The position numbers and the translations under genes were made by a program. A stretch of 64,000 nt of DNA from Carpediemonas membranifera BICM (taxonomy: Eukaryota; Protista; Fornicata), in contig JAHDYR010000021.1 of the NCBI GenBank assembly GCA_019828565.1, positions 62,001 to 126,000 on the forward strand. The letters are read 5' to 3'. Below the pieces are notes generated by a model. That model saw nothing but the letters and a program-made list of their open reading frames with translations. It made no database searches and was not told the DNA's origin. This document shows positions 51,701 to 61,179 of this stretch, piece by piece (within the stretch, counting starts at the first letter, position 1; the number at the start of each line of letters is the position of its first letter).

Positions 51701-52269
51701 CATACTCCTCAGTGAGGCCCTCGACGTAGATGCCCTTGTCTGGGGACTCGCGGACGGGCAGGTTGTCGTTCTCGGGGGCAAGCAGGTCTCGGATCTTCTC
51801 CATGTAGATCTCAGCGAAGGAGCACTTGATGGAATACTCGGTATTACGTTCGTCCATCTCAATGTGTTGGAAAATGTGCCCAGCCGCGCGGGGGATGATA
51901 CCCTGGGTCTCGATGTTCTTGATGTCGCCGAACATGGACCAGGACTTGCCTGTGTGAGCGCTGTGGGGGTTACGGACCTGCTCCGGTCTGGCCGTAGGCG
52001 AAGACGGTGGAGTTGTAGCCTTTGAGGATGTTCTCGACGGCGGGACGACCGATTTGGTCGTATACATCGGTCTGCTTGCAGTCAGGCTGGAAAACATAGT
52101 CGAAGTTGAAGGGCTTCGGTCCCATGATCTCATCGGTGACGGTAACGGTCTGGTTAGTGGGGAAGGAAACAACGTTGATGTCCTTGATGTTTCCTTCCTC
52201 ACTCTCCTTCATCTCACGCTTGTTAATTGGCCTGAAACGGGCGATAACACGGATATTTTCGCCGGCCAT
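48765..52269 (-). CDS. Kinesin-1 heavy chain-like motor; intron 51950-51977
   Basis: NIRVIARFRP, P-loop YGQTGA|GKS restored by a 28-nt intron, SSRSH, LVDLAGSEKVSKTGA, ILQESLGGN, long coiled coil, IAK-like RVWKPL. Confidence 0.92.
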
Positions 52270-52446
52270 GATAGTATGCTCCTTGGCGATGAGTTATGCG
52301 ACTCCGTTTACGTGTGCATAAATAAGTCTTGAGATCACTCTCCCATGTCCAACGAACACATAGAACTCAGCAGTCGAGCAGCCAGACCTCCTCTTCGCTT
52401 GCGAAGCTTCACAGTGATTTGACCAGGCAGGACCTCTCAGACTAAT

Positions 52447-52971
52447 TCAAGCAGACCCCCGGCCCAAGCTCTCGCTAATCTGGTCCAGATACCTACTCCG
52501 ACTGCTCATAAGCCGGGCATTGAAGCGCCTGTTCGACGCGTTGACCCCAACTACGTCGGGCCTGGCGCTGCTCTTCGACTTGGTCTCTGGCGGTCGCGCG
52601 GTGACACTGTTGGCTGCACGGAGCACTGCCTCCTTGGACGGGATGAATAAACCGCCAGAGCTCGCTGAGATTCGCTGGTGCTCCTCGAAACGCTGGGCAA
52701 GGTCGGAGGAGGGATCCTTATTGGCTAATCTTGCCCGTTTGGTGGACTTTGCCAGGCGAAGGATGTCTTTGGATACTATAGAAGTGCCGTTCGCTTGCTT
52801 GTCTTCGCTTCTATCGCCGGGCTCCTCGATAGCATCATCGTCGGCCCCGTACACTGCTTCAGAGTGATACTCTCGAATACTATCCTGCATAAGAGATATT
52901 GGCATGGCTCTACATACATATGCGGCTCTCAGTTCGCCCAACGCCTCCAGGAACTCCTCCTTTAGCATCAT
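52447..52971 (-). CDS. SYF2: Pre-mRNA splicing factor SYF2-like; probable in-frame intron 52885-52917
   Basis: C-terminus VNASNRRFNARL..YLDQISESLGRGSA matches the SYF2 pattern INERN.KFN.K..Y..EI..NLERGTA. Confidence 0.7.
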   Translation of the reverse strand: MMLKEEFLEALGELRAAYVCRAMPISLMQDSIREYHSEAVYGADDDAIEEPGDRSEDKQANGTSIVSKDILRLAKSTKRARLANKDPSSDLAQRFEEHQRISASSGGLFIPSKEAVLRAANSVTARPPETKSKSSARPDVVGVNASNRRFNARLMSSRSRYLDQISESLGRGSA

Positions 52972-53328
52972 CGTCATCCGACGACTGCATCCGACCCTAC
53001 GCTGCATCCAGCCCGGTGCTGGACGGACCAGGGCGAGTGAGAGGCGACGTCTCTTTGATTTTTCACCGCCGTGTGCCCAAGGACCTCAAGCATATCTCCA
53101 ACGAATCTATGAAGACTGTTTCATGAGATGAAGACGCTGGGACCCTGCGCCCAAGCGGAATGGACCCCTGCACCGCTTCAGCCGCCACGATGCAAGGCCT
53201 AGATGTGGTGTGCTGATCGCTGCTTGCATGATGCAGTTTTGTAAAATCGGACCGACCGCAAGAGTATCTATCCCCGAATCCATAAATCCCCTCCAATCCA
53301 CCCACTCGCCAACCCCTAACCCCAAGCT

Positions 53329-53878
53329 TTACTCCAAGTTCAGCTGCTCCCTTGTTCTGCCGACAACCATCCTCAACCGACTGACCGCATTGCCTTCTCC
53401 CGTCACGTCGTCCGGCCTGTATGGCGCTTTGATCCTGACGTGCACCTCCGGCACAAGGATCGAATCCCCGTCCCAGACGCACTCGTACGTCTTGCTGAGG
53501 GCAACCATGATAGCCCTGCCCTCTTCGGTGACATCCACATTGACCATAGCCTTCCGCTTGGCGAGAATAGCCATGCTTTCTTGCATACGGGCGGCGATTT
53601 CCTCGGATGTGGCGGGGACGACGACTGGGTTGCACGCCTCCTTCGGCTTTTGAAGCTCGGTGAGAGATATGATCGAACGATTGTTAACTACTATGTATGT
53701 GCTGCGCCCGTGCGCTTCCTTCATTTCTGGATAAGGCTGGGGGCAAGGATTGGAACAAACCAAGAATAAGGCGCCCATCTTCGGCAGGATCGTAGAAAAA
53801 CACAGTTCCTGTATATTCCCTGGGCTTCGCGTCGTCGATCTTGATTTCAACCTTCACGACGCTCCCTTGTTCGGCCAT
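53329..53878 (-). CDS. LSM12: LSM12-like protein (Lsm + anticodon-binding domain); intron 53727-53760
   Basis: GSVVKV..YTGTVFFYD..LIL|E..; VTEEGRAIMVALSKT..CVWDGDSILV..VRIKAPY. Confidence 0.85.
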
Positions 53879-54193
53879 GCTCTTCCGCAGCGAATATTGT
53901 CTTCGCAGGATAGCCCGCCCGTGTCGCCAGTCACAGTTGCGTTGGTTATCACTCCCACTACCACTCCCAGCACACAATCGCGCCAGGACGACGGAAGAGT
54001 GACAGCTCACCGCAATAACACACCAAAAAATGATAATCATGTTTTACTCATCTCTGTCGACGTCTGATGCGAACCTGAGACACGCTTGGGGTTGCCGCGG
54101 GCTGGTGAGTCATGAATGTAAATGATTGGAGGAAAAAAAGACCGTCCCGGAGAAACTCTGGTTTACTCACTCTACACTAATGAACTGATGCCC

Positions 54194-54799
54194 TTAGCAG
54201 CACCCGCCACCAGAAGAAACAGACTGGGTGGCACCCGGCTGGATTGTCCCGGTCTTGGCGCCGCTTCCCGCACTCATCTTAGCCTCGCGGTTCAGGAGGA
54301 TTTTCGAGATGGTCGTGAACGCGTCCTCCACGCGGATAGCGTCCTTGGCGGAGGTCTCGATGAAGGGAATGTCGAGTGACTCGGCGAAAGTCTTGGCAGT
54401 TTGGTATTCCACAGCCTTGCGGGTCTCGAGGTCGCACTTGTTGCCAACAAGGAGCTTGCAGACGTCTTCGGAGGCATAGCGATTGATCTCTTCGAGCCAC
54501 ACACGGACGTTGTTGAAGGTCTCTACATCGGTGACGTCGTAGACAACAATGATGCCGTGGGCACCACGGTAGTAGGCGGCAGTGATAGTCTTGAAGCGCT
54601 CCTGGCCAGCAGTATCCCAGATCTGAAGCTTGATGGTGGAGTTATCCAAGTCCACCGTCCGGATCTTGAAGTCGACGCCGATGGTGGAGATGTAGCTCTC
54701 GGTATAGGTATCGTCAGCAAAACGGAGGAGAAGACAACTCTTACCAACACCACTGTCACCAATAAGAAGGAGTTTGAATAGATAGTCGTACTCTGACAT
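54194..54799 (-). CDS. RAB1: Rab1/Ypt1 GTPase
   Basis: [44 protein letters not shown]-terminal GGCC. Confidence 0.97.
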   Translation of the reverse strand: MSEYDYLFKLLLIGDSGVGKSCLLLRFADDTYTESYISTIGVDFKIRTVDLDNSTIKLQIWDTAGQERFKTITAAYYRGAHGIIVVYDVTDVETFNNVRVWLEEINRYASEDVCKLLVGNKCDLETRKAVEYQTAKTFAESLDIPFIETSAKDAIRVEDAFTTISKILLNREAKMSAGSGAKTGTIQPGATQSVSSGGGCC

Positions 54800-55001
54800 G
54801 TGTCGCTTGGCTTTCGGTGTCTTCGGCCGTGAAAATCTTTTTTCTTGCAGACCGCCAGTCCCTCGTGAGATCGAAATAGCCAAGCCCACTGCGGCAACGG
54901 ACTCGGTAGAAAGACAAGGCATGGCCAGGGATCGCGAGGCAAGGATGCCGCAAGAGAAGGAACGAGTTTATAACCAATAATCCATAACAAGCTGCCCACA
55001 T

Positions 55002-56273
55002 TCAGACCCAGTCCCTCTCCATGGGCCGGGGGCTGTCCCCGAGGCTCAAAAACTCGAGATCCTCCACTGACCAATGCCCAGCCTGCCGCGAAAGGTTCAG
55101 GAAGCAGCACTTGCCGTGGGAAAGTGGCCCGGGGTTAACAACGAGCTTGCCAGAAATACGGTCCGTGGTTGAGTCAGCATCGTGCGCATGTCCGTGGATG
55201 CAGCCAATGATTCGACTGTCAGATTTGAGTAAATCAAACAATGGTTGGGCCCCACTGAGCACATGCTTCCCTCCCTGATTATGTCTGGCCGTCGCCGACC
55301 CGGCCGGACCAACATGTGTGAGCATCAGGATTTGGTCAGAAACCAGGAGACCAGGACCGTTGTTGACTCCATACTCAACGCTCTCGTACAGGGTAAACTC
55401 CTGGGCCGACTCAACCGCCGCTTTGGTCCAAGCCGTGGCCGGGTGCGACGCTGCCAGTGGGATCTCTGCCGCAAAAGAGTCGAAGTTGTCGTCCTCGAGC
55501 TCCACCTGCTCGTGCTGGGGCGTTCCCCGCTCCTCCACGTAGCTCTTGGCGAGCTTCTCGACCATGGAGGCGTCGTACTGGTACAGCAACCGATGCCGCA
55601 GATCCAGGTTCAGGAGGAAGGAGGTGGGGACCGGGTGCCACGGCTGAGGGAGCGGGGGGCGGTATGCCTCGATGAATGAGATGTCCGGAATCCCGAGTGG
55701 GTCGGGTGAAGTGACTCGGGCACAGTCGCGGGCAAATTCCAGAGTGCCGGAATTATCCTTGTACGGGAACCCGACCCAGATTCTCTCGCCGGTCTCCTCC
55801 ACGATGCCGTCCACACTGCCTCCAATTCCGCAGATGACGAGGTCCTCTGCCAGACGATGCCGAGACCGGTGGATGTAACGGACGAAATCACAGGGTGACG
55901 CCTCAATGGGACTGGATGGAGGGGGGACGTAGCACTCAAACATGTCGTGGTTGCCCGGGATGAAGAGGATTGAGGGGCAGATGGTCTGGAGGCGGTGGAG
56001 AAGGAGGAGGAAGTCGCCGCGTTGGCGGAGCGTGTCGTCTGTCTCTTCCTTGTCATTGGGCTTGTTTGGAATGTTGATTAAGTCCCCAAGAAGGAATATG
56101 TGATCGATGTCGCGCTCTGGATTGGTCTTGAGGTAGGTTGTTAAGAGGTCAACGCCTGAAAGACGGAAGTGGATGTCTGTTACTACAAGGATTTTGAGCT
56201 CTTGTGCATTCTTATCTACAGTCATGCCGTCAACTGCGCACACCACAGCATCCAGGCCTTGATTCGTCGTCAT
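55002..56273 (-). CDS. Calcineurin-like metallophosphoesterase
   Basis: TDIH, LGD, PGNHD, LTH and HGHAH metal-ligand motifs. Confidence 0.85.
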   Translation of the reverse strand: MTTNQGLDAVVCAVDGMTVDKNAQELKILVVTDIHFRLSGVDLLTTYLKTNPERDIDHIFLLGDLINIPNKPNDKEETDDTLRQRGDFLLLLHRLQTICPSILFIPGNHDMFECYVPPPSSPIEASPCDFVRYIHRSRHRLAEDLVICGIGGSVDGIVEETGERIWVGFPYKDNSGTLEFARDCARVTSPDPLGIPDISFIEAYRPPLPQPWHPVPTSFLLNLDLRHRLLYQYDASMVEKLAKSYVEERGTPQHEQVELEDDNFDSFAAEIPLAASHPATAWTKAAVESAQEFTLYESVEYGVNNGPGLLVSDQILMLTHVGPAGSATARHNQGGKHVLSGAQPLFDLLKSDSRIIGCIHGHAHDADSTTDRISGKLVVNPGPLSHGKCCFLNLSRQAGHWSVEDLEFLSLGDSPRPMERDWV

Positions 56274-56440
56274 TTCCTTTAACCCTATCCTGCGGAATCC
56301 CGAGCTGGACGACCAGGGACCACTACAGGGGAAGGACTCCTTATCAACCCATCTATACAGCATCCGCGCGCTCGTTTGAGCGGCGCCAACTCCAGACTTG
56401 ACCCGAGTTGGAATCATCACCATCCCACCTAAACAAGGCG

Positions 56441-57385
56441 ATGCGCCTCACCATCTCTCTATTCATGGTGTGTATGTTACTAAACGTTGCTCTGTGCGAC
56501 AACTGGGCCGTTCTAGTTAACACGAGCCGGTACTGGTTCAACTACCGCCACTCGTCCAACATTTTGGCCATGTACGATTTCCTACGGGCCCAAGGATGGG
56601 ACGATGCGCATATTGTACTCATGGATAGCGGGCAAATACCCTCAAATCCTCGCCATCCCCGTTCACCGGCCATGCTGTCACACCCATCCGCTGCCCCCGT
56701 CGATTTGGCCGGCATGGTCGTCGGATTCCAGGACCAGGATGTCACAGCCTCTGCTTTCCGCAAGCTCCTCCTCGGCTTGTCCGGAAGTACTGCTTCAACC
56801 CGCCGTTTCGAGCCAGACGCCGACTCGAGCGTCATTGTGTACATCACGGGCCACGGCGGCGAACAGTTCATCAAATTCCATGACCAACACGAAATGCTAG
56901 CTCCCGACTTTGCCTCGACTTTTGAGGACATGATCGCAATGGGCCGTGCGAAACGAGTGCTCTTCCTCTCTGACACGTGCAAGAGCGGCACCCTTTTTGA
57001 CAACTTGGTGGGCGAATCCCAAGATTCATTCCACACGCGAGACGGGGTCGAGCTTCCATCGAGCGGTGAGGCTTCCTTCGACGTGGTCGGCATAGCCTCA
57101 GCGCACACTGGCGAGGACTCGTACGCCGCCTTCATGGACACCAGCGTCGGGGAGGCATTGATTGATAGGTTTACTTACTCGCTCCTTCACTACCTTAAGG
57201 GCAACCTGGCCTGTTCAAGCGGCGCCATGGGCGGCAGTCTCAGCGAGCTGAGCACATCGGGCGCACTGAGCAAGGACAGGCTGCTGTCGACGGCCCGGCT
57301 GGTGTCCACAACAAGGGCTGGGACAAGCCGGCCGCTTGGCGAGTACTTCTGCCCGAACATCGCCTGGCAGACTGTTGATGCCTGA
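56441..57385 (+). CDS. GPI8: GPI-anchor transamidase catalytic subunit (C13 peptidase)
   Basis: Signal peptide, NWAVLVNTSRYWFNYRH, catalytic GHGG and DTC, IDRFTY. Confidence 0.92.
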   Translation: MRLTISLFMVCMLLNVALCDNWAVLVNTSRYWFNYRHSSNILAMYDFLRAQGWDDAHIVLMDSGQIPSNPRHPRSPAMLSHPSAAPVDLAGMVVGFQDQDVTASAFRKLLLGLSGSTASTRRFEPDADSSVIVYITGHGGEQFIKFHDQHEMLAPDFASTFEDMIAMGRAKRVLFLSDTCKSGTLFDNLVGESQDSFHTRDGVELPSSGEASFDVVGIASAHTGEDSYAAFMDTSVGEALIDRFTYSLLHYLKGNLACSSGAMGGSLSELSTSGALSKDRLLSTARLVSTTRAGTSRPLGEYFCPNIAWQTVDA

Positions 57386-57668
57386 GTCGTCAGTTGAATG
57401 CGCTGACGGTATTATATGGCGCAGAATAAAGGTTCGCCGTTCATGTTTATTAGTAGTAATAGTGTTAATGGTAAGACTCTGAGCATCGCAACGGCGACTG
57501 GGTGGAAGGCGGAGCTGCCCACTCATCACCAGTAACCCAAGGTGGTTCGTCGGCTGTGACGACCACCCCCGCTGGGGTGAGTATGAACGAGTATTTATAC
57601 GCTGCTATGAACAATTTTGAGCTGCGCTGGATTGTAAACGATAAGATGATCATCAAGGCATGCCGCGC

Positions 57669-58220
57669 CTAGTCAAACCCATACCCAGCTCTGGACCGGA
57701 GCGTGTCCAGCCGTTTGACGGACCGGGCGAGCCTCTGTTCGAGCACCATGAGCCTGTCGAGGTGACCTTTGGGGCCGGACCAGGCCTGCAGCGACCCCAA
57801 GGCGGGGCAGCAGCTCGTCTCTCTCTCTCGGTCGGCGATCTCCTTCACAATTCGATCAATCTCACGGTGTTGCTCATCGCCGACGCACTCCTGCCGCTTC
57901 CGTTCAGCGATGGCAGCGCTGTATACGCGTTTCAGCATACAAAGGTCGGCGTGCATTCGGTCGGTGTCCTGCACGGGCTTGAAGTCCAAAGCTAAGGAGA
58001 CTGGTCCAGCGCCCGAGGAAGCACGTGCTGGCTCCCTTGGCAGCTCGTAATCTCGGCTATTCGTGGGATTGGTTGGTGGGTCCGATGGTTTTAAGCCAAG
58101 GGCGGGCAACGGCGAAACCTCGAGGTTTCCGCACAATGGGACGATTGTTGGGATGGTATTGCCGCTTTCAAAAGGTAACTCAGAGAAATATGGAAACATT
58201 TGATCATTCGAGATTATCAT
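57669..58220 (-). CDS. Hypothetical protein
   Basis: 183-aa ORF with a helical C-terminus; no family recognised. Confidence 0.45.
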   Translation of the reverse strand: MIISNDQMFPYFSELPFESGNTIPTIVPLCGNLEVSPLPALGLKPSDPPTNPTNSRDYELPREPARASSGAGPVSLALDFKPVQDTDRMHADLCMLKRVYSAAIAERKRQECVGDEQHREIDRIVKEIADRERETSCCPALGSLQAWSGPKGHLDRLMVLEQRLARSVKRLDTLRSRAGYGFD

Positions 58221-58276
58221 GCCGCGAGGATTTTACAGCGGGGTGCCGCGCACGTCCTTCATCTGCTTGGCAGACC

Positions 58277-60145
58277 TCAGATGAAGGAAACGTCACTAAA
58301 TGCCACCCCAGAATCCTCCCCACCGAGGCCAACATCCACCACGAGACCCCTCACACGCCCAGCCGGGAGTGAGAACCAACTCTCCAACACGAACCCCGCC
58401 CCGATCATACCACAGGACCGAGGCCGACCGGACTCGCACTCAAACAGCACGACACGCTGACCGCTGAGTCGGGGCGGGTCAGTGGGGATGGGGGCGACGG
58501 GGACACTGGTGCTGGCCCCCTGCCCCTCGGTCTGCGGGGCAGCCATGTCCGGGCGCTTCGTCAGCAGCCATGTCTTGCGGATATTCGCCGCGTGGCGTTT
58601 CTCACCAGCCTTGGCCCTCGTAGTGCCGTCCACAGAAGAAGCGGCGGCCACGAGAGCCCGCTCGCACTCGGCGTACTGATCACCCAGAGCAGCAGAGATG
58701 GGTGGCATGAACGGTGCCGGCAGTGTCCCAGCATCCACGGGCGCCCGCTTGGCCGGGGGACGGCGACGCCACGTCTCGAGTGCATCCCAGGCTCTGGCGA
58801 CCATGCAGCCGTACCCGGGGGCTGTCAAGGGGCAGTCCTCAGGGTACAGTGCCCTGCCGGTCTCATGGGTGAGGTACCGCCACTCCTCGCGGCCCAGGGG
58901 GTGGGCCCTGGCGTGCACCAGGCCTCTGTACACGAACCCGCCCCAGTTCGCGGGGGCCAGGACCAGGAGGCCTGGGAGATCGCCCATGGGGCAGGGTGTG
59001 ATGCACACCGTGGGGCGGGGGCCGGGGGCGGGCGGGCCCGTGATCTGGTCCGCCCGGCTCTCGTTCAGCTGCCACGTCGGTACGGGTCGACCCAGGTCCC
59101 CGAGGGAGTCCTGATCGACATTGACGTCCCCGTCGTCCGCGGGCCATGGCCAGGCTGGGGGTGCTGGGGCGGGTGTCTCGCCGACAGCGGGGTTGAGCTG
59201 GGCGATCATCTCCTTGGCCTGGCCCGGCCCCACCGCCGTCTCCTGCGGGTGCGGCGGGTCACGGCGCTTGTTCATCGGCAGCAGGCCATACGGGTCGGCC
59301 CCGTTGAAAGAGCGGACTACCCTGATGCGGGGGTCCTCGACCGTGACGTATGAGGACCTCGTCGGGTCGGGCCTGGACCCGGGGGCCATGGTGGGGGCGG
59401 TGTTGTTCACTGGGACCAGGGCGGTGCGGGCAACGTCGAGGGAAGCGGGCCCGACCAGGCGGTAGCCGCACAGGGCGTCCCGGCGGGAGACGGCACCGGG
59501 TACGGCGGCGACCACGGCGTCTGCCAATGTACTGTGGACTATAATGAACGCCCTGTCGCCCGCTATGGCAATGGGGAGGGTCAGGGGCAGTCTCATGTCG
59601 GGCAGCAGGGCGCCGAAGTCGACCTGGGGCGGGGTGCCGCGGATCGGGAGGGCTGCGACGTCGGGCACCTCTATAGGCGTGTAGTATGACATATCATGGA
59701 CTACCGCGCCGCTGTTGGCGATACGCCAAACAGTGCGGAGGCCCTTCATCGTGGCGGAGGTCGGGATGGTGTATCCGAAGTGGGGTGCCATATGGAAGCG
59801 CTTGACGTTCCACAAATGTGTCTCGAGCCATACATTGGGTCTCGATAGACGGAAGGTGCGTGTGAGGAAGTTGGAACGCTTCCTGATGGCCTTGCGAAGC
59901 TTCTTCGGGCCAATTGGCTCTCCTGTCGTGCGATCGACACTGGTCTTGTCCATTTCATGCTTAACAGCCTGACGCACGTTGCGGGGATACCTGTGGACGT
60001 CGTACGACATTGCACGGCGGCGAAGGTGCCGAGGAAGCCGCTGGAAGATTCTACTCGTGCCCTTGTGCTTCATAATATCATCTTGGCAGAATCGCAGCTC
60101 TTTTAACCGCGTAGTAACTGTTGCAGGAACGTCAATCGCCTGCAT
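58277..60145 (-). CDS. POP1: RNase P/MRP subunit POP1
   Basis: FQRLPRHLRRRAMS, WLETHLWNVKRFHM, HDMSYY, POPLD motif G.EEW..E..YPED.P, RRPPAKR. Confidence 0.9.
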   Translation of the reverse strand: MQAIDVPATVTTRLKELRFCQDDIMKHKGTSRIFQRLPRHLRRRAMSYDVHRYPRNVRQAVKHEMDKTSVDRTTGEPIGPKKLRKAIRKRSNFLTRTFRLSRPNVWLETHLWNVKRFHMAPHFGYTIPTSATMKGLRTVWRIANSGAVVHDMSYYTPIEVPDVAALPIRGTPPQVDFGALLPDMRLPLTLPIAIAGDRAFIIVHSTLADAVVAAVPGAVSRRDALCGYRLVGPASLDVARTALVPVNNTAPTMAPGSRPDPTRSSYVTVEDPRIRVVRSFNGADPYGLLPMNKRRDPPHPQETAVGPGQAKEMIAQLNPAVGETPAPAPPAWPWPADDGDVNVDQDSLGDLGRPVPTWQLNESRADQITGPPAPGPRPTVCITPCPMGDLPGLLVLAPANWGGFVYRGLVHARAHPLGREEWRYLTHETGRALYPEDCPLTAPGYGCMVARAWDALETWRRRPPAKRAPVDAGTLPAPFMPPISAALGDQYAECERALVAAASSVDGTTRAKAGEKRHAANIRKTWLLTKRPDMAAPQTEGQGASTSVPVAPIPTDPPRLSGQRVVLFECESGRPRSCGMIGAGFVLESWFSLPAGRVRGLVVDVGLGGEDSGVAFSDVSFI

Positions 60146-60372
60146 TGGTTCTCCGTGCTCATGGTCTTTTCTGGCAAAACGATCAGTGCCGGACAAGTTG
60201 CCCTGAGTCAAGCGGCCCTCGCGTAGCCTGCGCTCTGCGCCTTGAAGATAGAGTCATACAGCTTTCGTACACAGCGTGATCAGACATTCCCGGCAATGAC
60301 TGAATCACCTGGGACCACGTGGCGACGCATCTCAATGCCCATAAATGAACGATACGAATGGTAGCAGGATAT

Positions 60373-60994
60373 TTAAGCCTGGATCTCACCGCAGTCGCTG
60401 ATGACGACGGGCTTGGAGGTCACGCCAGAGCCAGAGCCGACCTTCTCGACGCGCTTGACGACGTCCATGCCGTCAATGACCTTGCCGAACACGACGTGCT
60501 TGCCGTCGAGCCAGGGGCAGGCGACGGTGGTGATGAAGAACTGGGAGCCGTTGGTGTTGGGGCCGGCGTTGGCCATGGAGAGGACGCCAACAGTGTTCTT
60601 GAGCTTGAAGTTCTCGTCACGGAACTTCTCGCCGTAGATGGACTCGCCGCCAGTGCCGTTGCCGCGGGTGCTGTGTTAGATATCGTGGTTGTGAGTCAGG
60701 GATTAGCGTGCTGGTAGCTGGTAGTCGGAAAATATCAGCTACCAGTGGCACAAAACTGACTCGAGGTACAAACAAGTCACCGCCCTGGAGCATGAACTCG
60801 GGGATAACACGGTGGAAGGAGCTGCCCTTATAGTGGAGGGGCTTGCCGGACTTGCCAACACCCTTCTCACCAGTGCAGAGGCAGCGGAAGTTCTCGGCAG
60901 TCTTAGGGACTACATCGGCGAAAAGCTCGAAGGTGATACGGCCGGCAGCCTGGCCGCCAATAGTAACGTCAAAGAACACGGTGGGATTGACCAT
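60373..60994 (-). CDS. Cyclophilin A-type peptidyl-prolyl isomerase; intron 60671-60773 (103 nt)
   Basis: [24 protein letters not shown]|[38 protein letters not shown]. Confidence 0.96.
60693..60762 (-). other. 70-nt intronic stem-loop
   Basis: Inverted repeats GAGTCAG/CTGACTC (60693-60699 with 60756-60762) and CTGGTAGCTG/CAGCTACCAG (60711-60720 with 60736-60745). Confidence 0.75.
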
Positions 60995-61179
60995 TTCTGT
61001 TGTCAACTTTTTTTTCATGCAAAAAATTGATGAGAGATCGATCCGCCATTACCATTGATGCATTCCAACGCGATCCGTCTTATCTTGCCGACAGGGTGCT
61101 CCATAAGCCCTTAGCCCCAGGTTAAGCGATACGTTTATAATGCCGTTCAATCCAAAACCATGTCTCCTAAGTCTCGCTC

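Noticed and set aside
53285-53325. C-rich tract containing CCCTAACCC (telomere-like)
   Set aside because: Single unit within a G-rich 3' UTR on the minus strand; not a tandem array
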